This document shows positions 1 to 10,365 of a stretch of 64,000 nt of DNA, piece after piece (within the stretch, counting starts at the first letter, position 1; each line of letters opens with the position of its first letter). The DNA is taken from positions 62,001-126,000 of IMG/VR virus record IMGVR_UViG_3300050821_013430; one strand, written 5' to 3'. A program made the position numbers and the translations under genes. The notes under the pieces were generated by a model. The model searched no databases and had not been told where the DNA came from. It saw nothing but the letters and a program-made list of their open reading frames with translations.

Positions 1-2
1 CC

Positions 3-629
3 ACCGTTGCCACCAACGCCACCGTTACCAATAACAAATGGGCAATTACTTCCACCCGCTCCAGCACCAGGGAGGCCATCATTAATCCCTCCATTAAAAT
101 TGCCTGAACTTCCACCAGCTCCACCTCCATTAGGGAATCCGCCTCCCACAGTATGTGTAACAACGCTTCCTCCCGCTCCAAAAGAAAAGGGAGCGCTACT
201 GCCTATTTGGAACGGATAAGTTGCTCCGCCAAAATTATCAGCAGTGCCAATTCCTGCCTGTCCTCCTTGACCGCCGTTGAATACAAAAGGATGACCTAGG
301 GTTAGAGAAAAAGAAGAAAGATGACCATTAAAACCATCTGTTGCGGCGGTTGAAGTGCTAAAAATACCGCCAGATCCACCAACGGCTGGTGCGGCCACAG
401 TGTAACTATAAGATACGCCTGGTGTTACATTGATATAAACCCAACTTCCAGTCGCCCCACCACCCCCACTTCCACCACTTTTACTACCGCTACCTAAACC
501 ACCACCAGCCGCACCGCCTCCTCCGGCTCCACCGGATCCAATTCCGAAAATCCAAACTTGAGTCACACCCGCTGGTGCTGTCCAGCTTGCTGTTCCTGGC
601 GTTGTAAATTGTACTGATACTAAAACCAT
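3..629 (-). CDS. Glycine-rich virion/fibre protein (partial, runs off the window start; not in ORF track)
   Basis: ATG at 629 directly after the TAA of 630..2309. Reads MVLVSVQFTTPGTASWTAPAGVTQVWIFGIGSGGAGGGG..., the same Gly-rich domain type as 44710..45555. Confidence 0.8.
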   Translation of the reverse strand, partial: MVLVSVQFTTPGTASWTAPAGVTQVWIFGIGSGGAGGGGAAGGGLGSGSKSGGSGGGGATGSWVYINVTPGVSYSYTVAAPAVGGSGGIFSTSTAATDGFNGHLSSFSLTLGHPFVFNGGQGGQAGIGTADNFGGATYPFQIGSSAPFSFGAGGSVVTHTVGGGFPNGGGAGGSSGNFNGGINDGLPGAGAGGSNCPFVIGNGGVGGNG

Positions 630-2309
630 TTATATACTCCACCATCCGGTACTACCGTCTGAAATGAGTCTAACTGTTTGATAATCAGCAGATAACACAT
701 AATCAGTTGGTAAGCCCTCTATATTATTGGTGCCAAATCTATGAACGGTAATAGGATTAGTTGCGGCATTACCAGAAATATCCTTGATGGTAATTACACG
801 ACCTCTTGTACTCACGGCTGGCAAATTTACTTGATAGGGGGCCGATGCATTGACTAAAACCACCACATCCAAAGTGATGGAATAAGGAGAGCCGGTAGAA
901 ACTATATTAGTGGCACTGTTGGCAAAATAAAGGGGCCCTAAAATACTAACATTAGCAATATCTACACCTGATGAACTTACATTGTTTGGTACCTGATTGA
1001 CATTGAAAGTGCCAGTCATATCGTTATTACCATAAACAATACAATTAGTATTATTGATCAAAGTAGAAGTGCTAGGACTGGTTTGCCAAACTATGATATT
1101 TATAGAGGTTGGGGTACCGCCAGAACTACTTACAGAAAGGATATTATTGTTGGAAATTACAATATTAGCTTTTGGTCCAGTAATAGAAGGAACTGTATTA
1201 GGAAATGACGCAATAACAGGTCCGGTTAGTAATACACTATTATCTACAAAATTAGTATAAAAATAATTTTCAGTAGCATTTATATTACAAACATTGAGTT
1301 GAAACGGCGCTGCTACGGCCGAAGTACCGTAACCATTTGCTGAATTACCATAACATCTAATTTTATTTTTGTTGCAATAAAAATAGTCAGCATTACCACC
1401 ACCGGCTTGAAAAATAATTGGAATGGTGAAACCATCAAAAGACGAATTACGAATAAATAATCCGGTACCAGTAGTAAAATTTATACTATCAGTGCCAATA
1501 GCGGCGCCAGTATTAGAAGAGGGTTTTCCGGCAGTATAAACCACTTTTCCTAAAAATCTAACTCCATCACAAACTAAATTGGAACTCTGATCTTGCACTA
1601 CCAATGGAAAAGATACTGATGTATTTCGTGGTACTAAATAAGACGTATCGCCCAAAAATTTTGGCTCTATAAAATTATCAGCAATAGTAAGGTTTAGAAA
1701 TACCGTATCTTTGGAAAAAATGAATAATGAGTCAGATCCGCCACCAGCAATAATTCCATTATCGCCTACTCTACTAGAATCAGATGAAATAGAAAACATC
1801 GGGGCGTTAGAGGAAGTTTGATTGATTAGTTTGGTGCCAAACCCTTCTCCCATCAATATAATGCCTGGGGGTACATTAACAGTATTAGAAATGGAATAAG
1901 TACCAGCTTTGATAAAAACAATACCACCATCTCTAACACGATGATAACTAGGATTAGATGGATTAGTAAAGAGATCATTGAGTACCGGATCTAACGGAGG
2001 TACGCTAGCATCATATGGAGTACTTCCCGGTACGCCAGGAGAGGCAAAACTATTGTGATAAGTATCATATCCATCGCCAACCGCAATAAATCCTGTACCA
2101 TTAGCAAGCTCAAAAGCAATGAAATTAACCAAATTTTGTAAGGCCTGCTCTACGGTGGTAGCTGGGCCGTAGATATTCATTGGAGAGGGGTTTAGATCGA
2201 CTTGATCGGCAGTGTGACGGAAACCAATGACGCCTTCGAGATGGGACTGAAAATCAAATCTATCGGTCGCGAGGCGCCCGATGCCTCTATTATAGGGAAT
2301 ATTTGCCAT
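630..2309 (-). CDS. Virion protein with pectin-lyase-like beta-helix and C-terminal fibre/adaptor domain
   Basis: GGIVFIKAGTYSISNTVNVPPGIILMGEG beta-helix start and Asn-rich coils. C-terminal VNLP..GRVITIKD..NPITV domain is shared with 20287..21153. Confidence 0.65.
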   Translation of the reverse strand: MANIPYNRGIGRLATDRFDFQSHLEGVIGFRHTADQVDLNPSPMNIYGPATTVEQALQNLVNFIAFELANGTGFIAVGDGYDTYHNSFASPGVPGSTPYDASVPPLDPVLNDLFTNPSNPSYHRVRDGGIVFIKAGTYSISNTVNVPPGIILMGEGFGTKLINQTSSNAPMFSISSDSSRVGDNGIIAGGGSDSLFIFSKDTVFLNLTIADNFIEPKFLGDTSYLVPRNTSVSFPLVVQDQSSNLVCDGVRFLGKVVYTAGKPSSNTGAAIGTDSINFTTGTGLFIRNSSFDGFTIPIIFQAGGGNADYFYCNKNKIRCYGNSANGYGTSAVAAPFQLNVCNINATENYFYTNFVDNSVLLTGPVIASFPNTVPSITGPKANIVISNNNILSVSSSGGTPTSINIIVWQTSPSTSTLINNTNCIVYGNNDMTGTFNVNQVPNNVSSSGVDIANVSILGPLYFANSATNIVSTGSPYSITLDVVVLVNASAPYQVNLPAVSTRGRVITIKDISGNAATNPITVHRFGTNNIEGLPTDYVLSADYQTVRLISDGSTGWWSI

Positions 2310-2340
2310 TACAAGGATGCGATTTTATTGGTGGAAGCCT

Positions 2341-2368
2341 TTGACAAATAAAAACCGATGGGTATATT
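2341..2368 (+). promoter_or_regulatory. Sigma70-like promoter for the HNH gene
   Basis: TTGACA-16nt-TATATT. Confidence 0.55.
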
Positions 2369-2387
2369 GTTGATTAGAGCATCTTCA

Positions 2388-3278
2388 ATGTCAAAGAATA
2401 AAGAAACAAAATGGTGCAAATATTGCGAGACGATGCAGCCAGCAAAAGGTTTTCGCGGTAGGAAATGTCTGGAATGTTTAAGAAAGTATAGGCGACAATG
2501 GGAAAAAGATAATAAGGAAGAAATAGCGGCTAAAAAGAGACAATATCAAACCGAGCATAGAGAAGAGATCGCAATTAAGCGAAAACCATACTTCGATGCT
2601 CGTAAAGAGGAAAAAGCGGCGTATGATAAACTATATCGAGAAAAAAATAAAGAGAAGAAATCTGAACAAGATCGAAAATATTACCAAGAACATAGAGAAC
2701 CAAAATTAGCACACCAGCGACAATATAACATCAATAATAAAGAGAGAATAGCCGCATATCAAAAACAATACGCTTTTGATCATAAAAAACCATCGTTCAA
2801 AATCAACAAAGAGTGCTCAAAAATAAAAGAGGCTCGTCGGATTGCGAAACGAGCAACAGAACGGGAATATCGAAAAAGAAAAAGCGCAGTAAATCCTGTT
2901 TTTAAACTGAAGTGTGGTGTTTCTAGTTTAGTAAATCGTTATCTGAAACTATCTGGCGGTAATAAAAATGGTCTGATCCGCAATAACTATTTTCCTTATA
3001 GTGATGCAGAATTAAGAGGACATCTTGAAAAACAATTTGAGCCCTGGATGAACTGGAATAATCACGGTAAATATGATCCCAAAACCTGGGATGATAATGA
3101 TCCATCTACTTGGAAATGGCAACTCGATCATATCATCCCTCAATCCGATTTACCATCTTCTTCACCAGAAGAAGAGAACTTCAAGAAGTGTTGGGCGTTG
3201 GAAAATCTTCGACCGCTAAGCGCCAAACAGAACATTCTTGATGGAATTAGAAAAACAAGACACAAGAAAAAGAATTAG
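2388..3278 (+). CDS. HNH homing endonuclease
   Basis: N-terminal CxxC..CxxC, basic helical repeats, C-terminal WQLDHIIP...NLRPLSAKQN. Start moved to MSKNK (2388), downstream of a TTGACA/TATATT promoter. Confidence 0.8.
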   Translation: MSKNKETKWCKYCETMQPAKGFRGRKCLECLRKYRRQWEKDNKEEIAAKKRQYQTEHREEIAIKRKPYFDARKEEKAAYDKLYREKNKEKKSEQDRKYYQEHREPKLAHQRQYNINNKERIAAYQKQYAFDHKKPSFKINKECSKIKEARRIAKRATEREYRKRKSAVNPVFKLKCGVSSLVNRYLKLSGGNKNGLIRNNYFPYSDAELRGHLEKQFEPWMNWNNHGKYDPKTWDDNDPSTWKWQLDHIIPQSDLPSSSPEEENFKKCWALENLRPLSAKQNILDGIRKTRHKKKN

Positions 3279-5308
3279 TCATTATAGGGTGGATACTGAG
3301 TAGGGTCATTTTCGGGATTTGGGAAAGTTATTGTTTCATTTGGGGATGGTATGACCAAACCGTGAGTATGACCCAATACTTCTTGTACTATCCATTTCCC
3401 TCCGTTCCATAATATAGGATGATTATGACCAGCACTAACGCCGGTCAGTTGATTGGTGGGACTGGGTGAATTTTCATTGGTTTGGAAGGTATGCATGTGC
3501 GGCCCAATCCCAAAAGCATTGGTGATTGTTGTAGTGGCACTCTGCGGGAAATACTGAGTATTTCTGAATACTGGTACTTGATAGATAGGGTCGAACTTTC
3601 TTATTCTTTGTACTCTAAACTTTTGCGCGCCAGACAGCGTATCAATAGTTTTGTTTCGATTAGTATATAATATCTCATATCGATATTCTTCATTACCATT
3701 TTGATCAAAGCGAACAATAAAGTCCCTATCTTTTACTGCTGGAACTACTAACGTCCAACAATCAGAAGTAAATTCGGATTCCAAACCACCTTCGTACTGT
3801 TTCACGTCATCATCGGTAGGACTAAATCTAACCATAATTCTACCATCAGCACGACGAGGATTGAAATATTGTTCCCATCCAATTACCATTTTAGTGCCAA
3901 AACATTGTGGACATCTGTCATCCGGATATTCACTTTCCGGAATATAGCAGTTACAGGTTATACCAGTCCATAATCTACGTACCAAACATACCGGTTCACC
4001 GGTTACTGCTAATAAAATTTCTTGACGGTTATTATTAGCGTCTTGTAGAGACATTCCACGAACCTGACGACCTACTCCGTCATATCCGTCTGCGCAGTAT
4101 AACTCTCCACCAATATAACTTCCCACGCATACGCCAGTCAATAAATCTAATGGATTAGTTCGATGCCACCCAGCATAGTCATAATGTGGAAAATTAACAT
4201 TGGAAGCATCACTGGCTGATAGATCAGTAGTCAGCAAATCCTTAGTTTCTTGATGATATCCATCAGCCAGTGTAAAAGCAAAATTAGGATACTCAAATCG
4301 ACTTTGACAGGGGAAAATAACAGTATTATGCTCTTCGTCTCCTCCAGCCCAAAAAGATACCAATGGATTCCAAGTATTGTATCCATCATAACCATCGGTT
4401 TGATGCATGCGTGCGATGGTGTTGTCAAAACCACGACCCATTCCAACAGCCTCGGTTGGCCCTCCTATTACTACAATAAAAGTATCTCCTGGTACAAAAG
4501 TAGTAGTCTCAGAAATTGAAAAACTCAAATTTCCATTAGAAATGGTCTGATTATACACTGGCCAAACAAAAGGATCACCGTATTGATTTCTTACTGAGTC
4601 TGAAATAGAACCAATAGCCTCAAATTTAGCCGTACCAGCAATCGGATTACCGCTTCCATCTCGTTGAACGAAAACACACTTGATTTCCCAAATCTGAGCC
4701 GGAGAATTGACATTGACCAAAGCCAAGCCATTGATGGTGCCAGTACCATGATTACCCGCTACTGGTGTATAAAAATTACCACCACCCTGATCTACTAAGT
4801 GCCCGGGAATCGGAGTAGTCCCAGACGGAACATTTAGGTTATCATTGTTTTGATCGATAGATGAATAAAAAACCAGTTCTACACCAACTTGAACAATTCC
4901 AAAAATAGGAAAACCAAAAGTATCTACTAATGGAATTAGTAAATCGGTAGCCCCAATATCAGATCGTAATAAACTAGTTGGATACACTTTCAATCCATTG
5001 AAAGCATCCGGAAGTAAAGTGAGATCAACAAATCCAGGATCGTATTCAACCCCACGTACCGCAAAATGATATAATTGCCCGGGTATAAAATCAGGTATAT
5101 TGACTGAAAGAGATCCGTCAATAGAAACGAACTTTACTCCCTCCTTGAAAACCTGATCTTCCTCAGTAGAATAATAAATATGGTATGCCATCTTATTATT
5201 TACACTATTTGGCAAGACAAGAGTCCAAGCAAGGTAAATAGTCTGCCCATCTCCAAGCGACGCCGCTTCGATTAGGCCTTCTATATCTGGGTTGATCACA
5301 TACCCCAC
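3275..5308 (-). CDS. Putative neck/head-closure protein with N-terminal FN3-like domain
   Basis: FN3-like N-terminus (IYLAW..YHIYY..PGQLYHFAVRGV), Cys cluster TCNC..CPQCFGT, His-repeat C-terminus. GTG start with AAGGAG. Confidence 0.5.
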   Translation of the reverse strand: MGYVINPDIEGLIEAASLGDGQTIYLAWTLVLPNSVNNKMAYHIYYSTEEDQVFKEGVKFVSIDGSLSVNIPDFIPGQLYHFAVRGVEYDPGFVDLTLLPDAFNGLKVYPTSLLRSDIGATDLLIPLVDTFGFPIFGIVQVGVELVFYSSIDQNNDNLNVPSGTTPIPGHLVDQGGGNFYTPVAGNHGTGTINGLALVNVNSPAQIWEIKCVFVQRDGSGNPIAGTAKFEAIGSISDSVRNQYGDPFVWPVYNQTISNGNLSFSISETTTFVPGDTFIVVIGGPTEAVGMGRGFDNTIARMHQTDGYDGYNTWNPLVSFWAGGDEEHNTVIFPCQSRFEYPNFAFTLADGYHQETKDLLTTDLSASDASNVNFPHYDYAGWHRTNPLDLLTGVCVGSYIGGELYCADGYDGVGRQVRGMSLQDANNNRQEILLAVTGEPVCLVRRLWTGITCNCYIPESEYPDDRCPQCFGTKMVIGWEQYFNPRRADGRIMVRFSPTDDDVKQYEGGLESEFTSDCWTLVVPAVKDRDFIVRFDQNGNEEYRYEILYTNRNKTIDTLSGAQKFRVQRIRKFDPIYQVPVFRNTQYFPQSATTTITNAFGIGPHMHTFQTNENSPSPTNQLTGVSAGHNHPILWNGGKWIVQEVLGHTHGLVIPSPNETITFPNPENDPTQYPPYND

Positions 5309-5312
5309 CTCG

Positions 5313-6548
5313 TTACTCCTTATCGCTTTTATTGTTATTAATATGTTTCCAGCGCTTTTTATTGATTATTTTGCCTATCGTTCCTTGACTAACATTATAT
5401 TCATCGGCAAGTTTTTTCTGGCTATACTTTCTCGGAACGTATTTATTTATTATTTCTAATACTTGTTCTTCTGTTAATTTAGACATTTTGTGATTTTCAC
5501 CAAAAGGTGGAGATTTCTTAATCAAAGGAAGTATATTAAATTTTTTCATATATTCATAAATACTAGTTCTTGAACACCCAAATTCTTCCGCAACAAGATC
5601 ATAATTTCCTAAACGCTCATACGATGCCAATAAATCGTTTTTATCTAAATTTAGAATAAAGCACCCATCATCTATTTGTTTTACCTTATCTGATTCTACT
5701 TTTTTCCTTTCCAAAAAAATATTAGCGTCAGCGTAAAGACAATCCACTATTTTACGCATATCGTGAAATTTTTGGAAAGAAATTCTATAAAGACTATTAT
5801 TATCTGAAATATATTCTGCCCCTAAATATCCATTACTAGATAAATTACATTGTTTGATGAAAAACTCTCTAAATGTTTCAAGAACTTGTAAATTACCACA
5901 AATTCCGCAACTCATTTTTTTATATTTTCCATTTTCACTAAATGAAAACCATCCATCTCCATCAAAATATCCTCTTATAAAATGATGAAAAAGGAAGTGT
6001 TCTTTCAACCAATCAGGTATAGTATAAATTTTGGTTTTGGCCGGAACAACATTAAATCTCGCCAAATCTTTCACCATTTGCCAGCAACCTATACGTATTA
6101 CCGCCCTATTACCACTGATCATTGTTTGTATTTTACCATTTGGTTTTATAATGGTATTAATTTCGCCAGCACGCTGATAAATTTTAACTGGAGTATTTGA
6201 TTTGATTGATAGTCTAAATTTTTCAAGATGGGGCGCGTCTTTTTCTCCTAAATATATATTCACATTACTGCTATTTTTTGTTATATTACCGTCAGCGGCC
6301 ATAAATCCAGCCCAATAAAAACTTTCTTCATTATCCCGCCCAAAAAAATTTTCATCACACGTGTATCGTATTTTCTTTTTATATGGAATATCATAAATCT
6401 TCATCCGACTGATAACTGGATATGTTGATACTCCAAATTTTTCTGCCATGGCCGAGATACTTCCTAACTCATTATATTCTTTTATAAGAATTTCTCTCGT
6501 TAGAATATCGTCATACATTATACGATCTTTTCGAGCCATATCATTCAT
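5313..6548 (-). CDS. LAGLIDADG homing endonuclease with HTH domains
   Basis: FYWAGFMAADG and FIRGYFDGDG motifs, with flanking HTH segments. Confidence 0.85.
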   Translation of the reverse strand: MNDMARKDRIMYDDILTREILIKEYNELGSISAMAEKFGVSTYPVISRMKIYDIPYKKKIRYTCDENFFGRDNEESFYWAGFMAADGNITKNSSNVNIYLGEKDAPHLEKFRLSIKSNTPVKIYQRAGEINTIIKPNGKIQTMISGNRAVIRIGCWQMVKDLARFNVVPAKTKIYTIPDWLKEHFLFHHFIRGYFDGDGWFSFSENGKYKKMSCGICGNLQVLETFREFFIKQCNLSSNGYLGAEYISDNNSLYRISFQKFHDMRKIVDCLYADANIFLERKKVESDKVKQIDDGCFILNLDKNDLLASYERLGNYDLVAEEFGCSRTSIYEYMKKFNILPLIKKSPPFGENHKMSKLTEEQVLEIINKYVPRKYSQKKLADEYNVSQGTIGKIINKKRWKHINNNKSDKE

Positions 6549-6607
6549 ATTTTACCTCATTGTGCATAATGCGATGCAATTTTATGCCTATAAATATGAA
6601 TAATATA

Positions 6608-7126
6608 TCACACCTGATCTAACAATTCGTCTTTCTTTTTTTCCGCTTTTTGGCCTTCTAATTCGTGATGATCTAACAGTTTATCCACATATTTCTCAGC
6701 CTCGCGTTCGCCATATTCATCAGCCAGATATTCAACTTGATTTTGGAAACCTTCAATTTCGTAAGGATTATTTAGATATTCTCCATCATCAGCGCTCTTG
6801 GTGGGCTTGTCTCCCGAACATTGTTGTAGCCAGTGGGTGGTTTCGTGAATAGCATAACTATAATCTTTCTCAAAATCACCATCACATAAGAGTTTGTAAT
6901 TGAAATAAAGGACTCCATGATCGCACTTAGCGCTGACATCGATATCAGCAAAACACATCGGCACTAAATCTAATTCACTGATGTCAGTATCATATTCCTC
7001 AAAAATACGCTGCATAATAGGATTTTTCTTTAACTCAGCCTTCATCCGATTCAACAATCTCATTAACATTTGGGGAGGAATCTGTTTTATTTCCTCAATG
7101 GTAAATTTTTGCTTCTCGTCGGGCAT
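6608..7126 (-). CDS. Zinc metallopeptidase-like protein (HExxH)
   Basis: AIHETTHWLQ with a downstream NPYEIEG glutamate. Confidence 0.6.
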   Translation of the reverse strand: MPDEKQKFTIEEIKQIPPQMLMRLLNRMKAELKKNPIMQRIFEEYDTDISELDLVPMCFADIDVSAKCDHGVLYFNYKLLCDGDFEKDYSYAIHETTHWLQQCSGDKPTKSADDGEYLNNPYEIEGFQNQVEYLADEYGEREAEKYVDKLLDHHELEGQKAEKKKDELLDQV

Positions 7127-7140
7127 AAGAATATGCGAAA

Positions 7141-7473
7141 TTATGGCTTCTGTTTGGCTAATTCTACTTCTTGCGCCAAATGTTGTAGGGCTTCTTCAAT
7201 CCTACCTAGCCAAGCGTCTAAATTGATAGGAGTAGGGCCCAAGGTTGGAATCTGGGGTGCCGGATCATTGTCTGCGTGGTGAGAAGCGCGAAAACCTACT
7301 TCCGGAGAGAGATCATCAGGTTTGAGAGCACTTTTCATATTATTGTACTCATAAAGATCATCCAAGGCCCAAACGGTAGATCGGGCCTTCCAATCATTTT
7401 GGGCGGAATCCCCGTGTAATTGGGCTAATTTGAGGAAGCGAGAGCAGAGAAATTGTAAGTGCAGCAAGTCCAT
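7141..7473 (-). CDS. Hypothetical protein, possible internal head protein
   Basis: N-terminus MDLLHLQFLCSRFLKLAQ resembles that of the neighbouring gene. Confidence 0.55.
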   Translation of the reverse strand: MDLLHLQFLCSRFLKLAQLHGDSAQNDWKARSTVWALDDLYEYNNMKSALKPDDLSPEVGFRASHHADNDPAPQIPTLGPTPINLDAWLGRIEEALQHLAQEVELAKQKP

Positions 7474-7480
7474 ATTATAA

Positions 7481-8014
7481 CTAACTATTTAGAGCCTGAG
7501 CGACTTCGATCATCCGAGGATCGCCGGGTTTCAATTTTCCGTCCAATTGAGCATCATATACCCAAGCATTAGTGGGCCGGTGGTACTTGATAGTCTTCCC
7601 AGTGGCCAATCGGATCCTCTCCAGTAGCTCCGGCGGAATATGTTGGCCTTTGAAGATCACACGAACATTGTCAATCACCGCCTCGCCAGTTTCCCGATTG
7701 ACCTTGGCATCGACCACCATCTTAGAATCATGCGGCCAAGAATAGATCATTCCCAGGCGAACAACTGGATTGACCGCATACTCGGGGTCAAACTCGAGAA
7801 CTTCTTTACGGTCGTAGTCATCGTCTTCGGGCTGTCCAAACTGAGCAAACCAAGCCTCCACCACCGGCCAGACCCTTTCGTTCTTGGCTCGTTGGTCAGC
7901 TTTTCGCTGTTCTTCCTTGCGACGATCCTGTTCCCGCCAATCCTCATCGTCATCCCAGATTCCTGCAAGTTTGACGAACCGATCACATAAGCGTTGTAGT
8001 CGATCTAAATTCAT
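7481..8014 (-). CDS. Hypothetical protein, possible internal head protein
   Basis: Start reassigned to MNLDRLQRLCDRFVKLAG (8014), 6 nt after the late-promoter motif. Confidence 0.6.
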   Translation of the reverse strand: MNLDRLQRLCDRFVKLAGIWDDDEDWREQDRRKEEQRKADQRAKNERVWPVVEAWFAQFGQPEDDDYDRKEVLEFDPEYAVNPVVRLGMIYSWPHDSKMVVDAKVNRETGEAVIDNVRVIFKGQHIPPELLERIRLATGKTIKYHRPTNAWVYDAQLDGKLKPGDPRMIEVAQALNS

Positions 8015-9014
8015 GAGAAGATGCGAAAATATTAGCCTTTTGAGCGACTTCGTATTTACGAGGGAGGTAGATGATGGCATCGTGGTAGAGGTAGTTGGTG
8101 ATTTTAGAAAGCACACCATTTCCGCCATATTCAAGGGCATAGTGTTTTTTAATCAGACGAGGCTTCTTTTTATCAATGCCAAGTTCTTCGGCGAAAATAG
8201 CGCTAACTACGGAGAGAAATTCATTGGTACCACACAAAGAAAAATATACCTGAGGAACGGTTCTACCATTTTTTGGTTTACTAATGTAAAAACTACCATC
8301 ACCATCATTATAGCCACGAATAAAATGATGTCGCAATGAATGATTTATGATCCATTCTGGGAAGGTATAGATGAGACTTTTAGCAGGTACAATATTGAAT
8401 TTGGCCAGTTCATTGACCATTATTTCCGAAGTAATAGTAAAACTGCTGGCTAAGGAATTATTCCATTTTGGGTTACGTTTATTAGACTTCACCTCATATT
8501 GTCTAACTTTCGCATCTGATTTTAATAATTCCTTTATAAGAAGAAGATGCTGCTCATCATATCTAGCCAAACTGAGTTGTATTTCATAACGGAAATTACC
8601 ACTGGACGAAAGTCGTTTTTTGACGCATCCATCTGCTGCTAAAAATCCAGCCACGTAAAAAATCGCCTCATTTTCATTGGAAAAGAAATGATCATCACAA
8701 ATGCGTTTTATCTGCGGATTGAAATATAATCCAAACTTTTGCATATATCGTTTTATAGTGCCACAATCTACACCAAGTTTTCGTCCCACGGCCTTTAGAC
8801 TGCCGTACTCAGCATATGCTTGTTCTAATACTTCTTGTGTCAATAAAATATCTCGACGTGGTTTTACAATACAATCGATACCGCATATCTCGAAGGCTGT
8901 ATAGACGGTTATTGGATTTATACCATATTTTTCGGCTATTTTAGTAGCTGATCCAATGATTTCTAATTCTTGTTTTAATTGTTCGGGCGTTAAAATTTTG
9001 AGCAGTTTGTTCAT
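7983..9014 (-). CDS. LAGLIDADG homing endonuclease
   Basis: FYVAGFLAADG and FIRGYNDGDG motifs, N-terminal HTH repeats. Confidence 0.85.
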   Translation of the reverse strand: MNKLLKILTPEQLKQELEIIGSATKIAEKYGINPITVYTAFEICGIDCIVKPRRDILLTQEVLEQAYAEYGSLKAVGRKLGVDCGTIKRYMQKFGLYFNPQIKRICDDHFFSNENEAIFYVAGFLAADGCVKKRLSSSGNFRYEIQLSLARYDEQHLLLIKELLKSDAKVRQYEVKSNKRNPKWNNSLASSFTITSEIMVNELAKFNIVPAKSLIYTFPEWIINHSLRHHFIRGYNDGDGSFYISKPKNGRTVPQVYFSLCGTNEFLSVVSAIFAEELGIDKKKPRLIKKHYALEYGGNGVLSKITNYLYHDAIIYLPRKYEVAQKANIFASSHEFRSTTTLM

Positions 9015-9090
9015 ATGAGTCCTTAGTGACAGCGCCCACTAAAATAATGAGCTATTCATATGTTATATTATGCGTAGCGCCCAAAGATAA

Positions 9091-9987
9091 CTATAGCACC
9101 CGCCTAGCTCTTAAAAAGCGCAGGCGTGAAACTGATGGATTTAAACCGCTCATTAAGCTGAACGTCCCAAGACCCTTGGGACTGGGGCGGAGACTATTTT
9201 TAATATACTTCAATGTCTCCCTATACTGTGTAATTAGTGTATTGTACTGGGTTTGCAGTAATTCAGAGACGGTTGGTGGGTTAAAGTTTATGCCGTTGTC
9301 AGTGATCTGAAATTCGCGGCCCCTTTCAATCAGTGCCTTGCTTGCTAGCGCATACAGCGTAGCACATTGCACCAATATTTCTCCAAACTGCTCAATAAAT
9401 AAAGTATCATCCCAGGTGAAAAAAGTGAAATATGGTACCTGATTGAAATCTACCAACGCGGCAGCCAAAAAACTCACCAGCATATCAATAGAATACAAAG
9501 AACAATCAACATATTGTAGGTTTCCAAATTTATCAAAGGCCGGTGTTTTACCATCAGCATTCAATCTATTTTTAAGTATCTTGATCAATTTGTTGATGTT
9601 ATAAATAGCAATCTGAGAATAATTAAACCCAGGATCATCTCCAAGTGCCATAAAACCATCGGTATTCAGTGCTGGCAAATCGGTATGACTTACCACGAAA
9701 CTAAACGTATTTTGTACTTGAAATCCGTTGATAGTGCCAGTCCAAATATCATTGAACACGCCATAAGGCCCATTGATAGGTACGGTAAAAACATAGGAGT
9801 AGGAACCCACACCGTGCTGCTCTACTCCTTGACTGGTGGGTAAAAGTAAAACGCTTCCACTTGGTTGGACAATCGAAATTGTGGGAAACTGATCGGTATT
9901 GACCGGATTACCGAATTGATCCTTGAATTGAACAGTCAAATTGATCTGCTCAGTTACATCAACAAATTCACCACGAAATTTGATCAT
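9091..9987 (-). CDS. Putative head-tail adaptor/neck protein with N-terminal Ig-like domain
   Basis: Beta-rich N-terminus, helical C-terminus (ALVDFNQVP..FQITDNGINF), structural gene context. Confidence 0.45.
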   Translation of the reverse strand: MIKFRGEFVDVTEQINLTVQFKDQFGNPVNTDQFPTISIVQPSGSVLLLPTSQGVEQHGVGSYSYVFTVPINGPYGVFNDIWTGTINGFQVQNTFSFVVSHTDLPALNTDGFMALGDDPGFNYSQIAIYNINKLIKILKNRLNADGKTPAFDKFGNLQYVDCSLYSIDMLVSFLAAALVDFNQVPYFTFFTWDDTLFIEQFGEILVQCATLYALASKALIERGREFQITDNGINFNPPTVSELLQTQYNTLITQYRETLKYIKNSLRPSPKGLGTFSLMSGLNPSVSRLRFLRARRVL

Positions 9988-10000
9988 TCCCTATTCCTTA

Positions 10001-10336
10001 TTATGGTACTGATACACTAAACAGGCCAAAGGGCGCGCTCACTATCACTTGAATAAAGGTTGTTTCCGGATTACCGGTAGCAGGATCAACATAACTAACA
10101 TCTACCACATAAGTTCCGACCGATACTGCTCCGGATGGTATGGTAAATTGGAAGTAGTATAAACCAACATCATATCGAATCATTGACTGCGGATAACCAG
10201 TAGCCACATTGAGAGAGGGAAAAATAATCCTAGAAATTGTTGGGATCGAGTATCCATCAGATCGTTGTCCCAGATCCAATGTCTCAAACCAAATACTCAC
10301 AGTTTGGCCTGGTTGATATTGTAAAACCATATTCAT
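10001..10336 (-). CDS. Small Ig-like virion protein
   Basis: VGLYYFQFTIP..GTYVVDV resembles the N-domain of 9091..9987. Confidence 0.5.
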   Translation of the reverse strand: MNMVLQYQPGQTVSIWFETLDLGQRSDGYSIPTISRIIFPSLNVATGYPQSMIRYDVGLYYFQFTIPSGAVSVGTYVVDVSYVDPATGNPETTFIQVIVSAPFGLFSVSVP

Positions 10337-10365
10337 ACAGAATATGCAGAATTAGGCATTGTTCT

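Noticed and set aside
7-219. Pro-rich + strand ORF
   Set aside because: It is the antisense shadow of the Gly-rich minus-strand gene 3..629.
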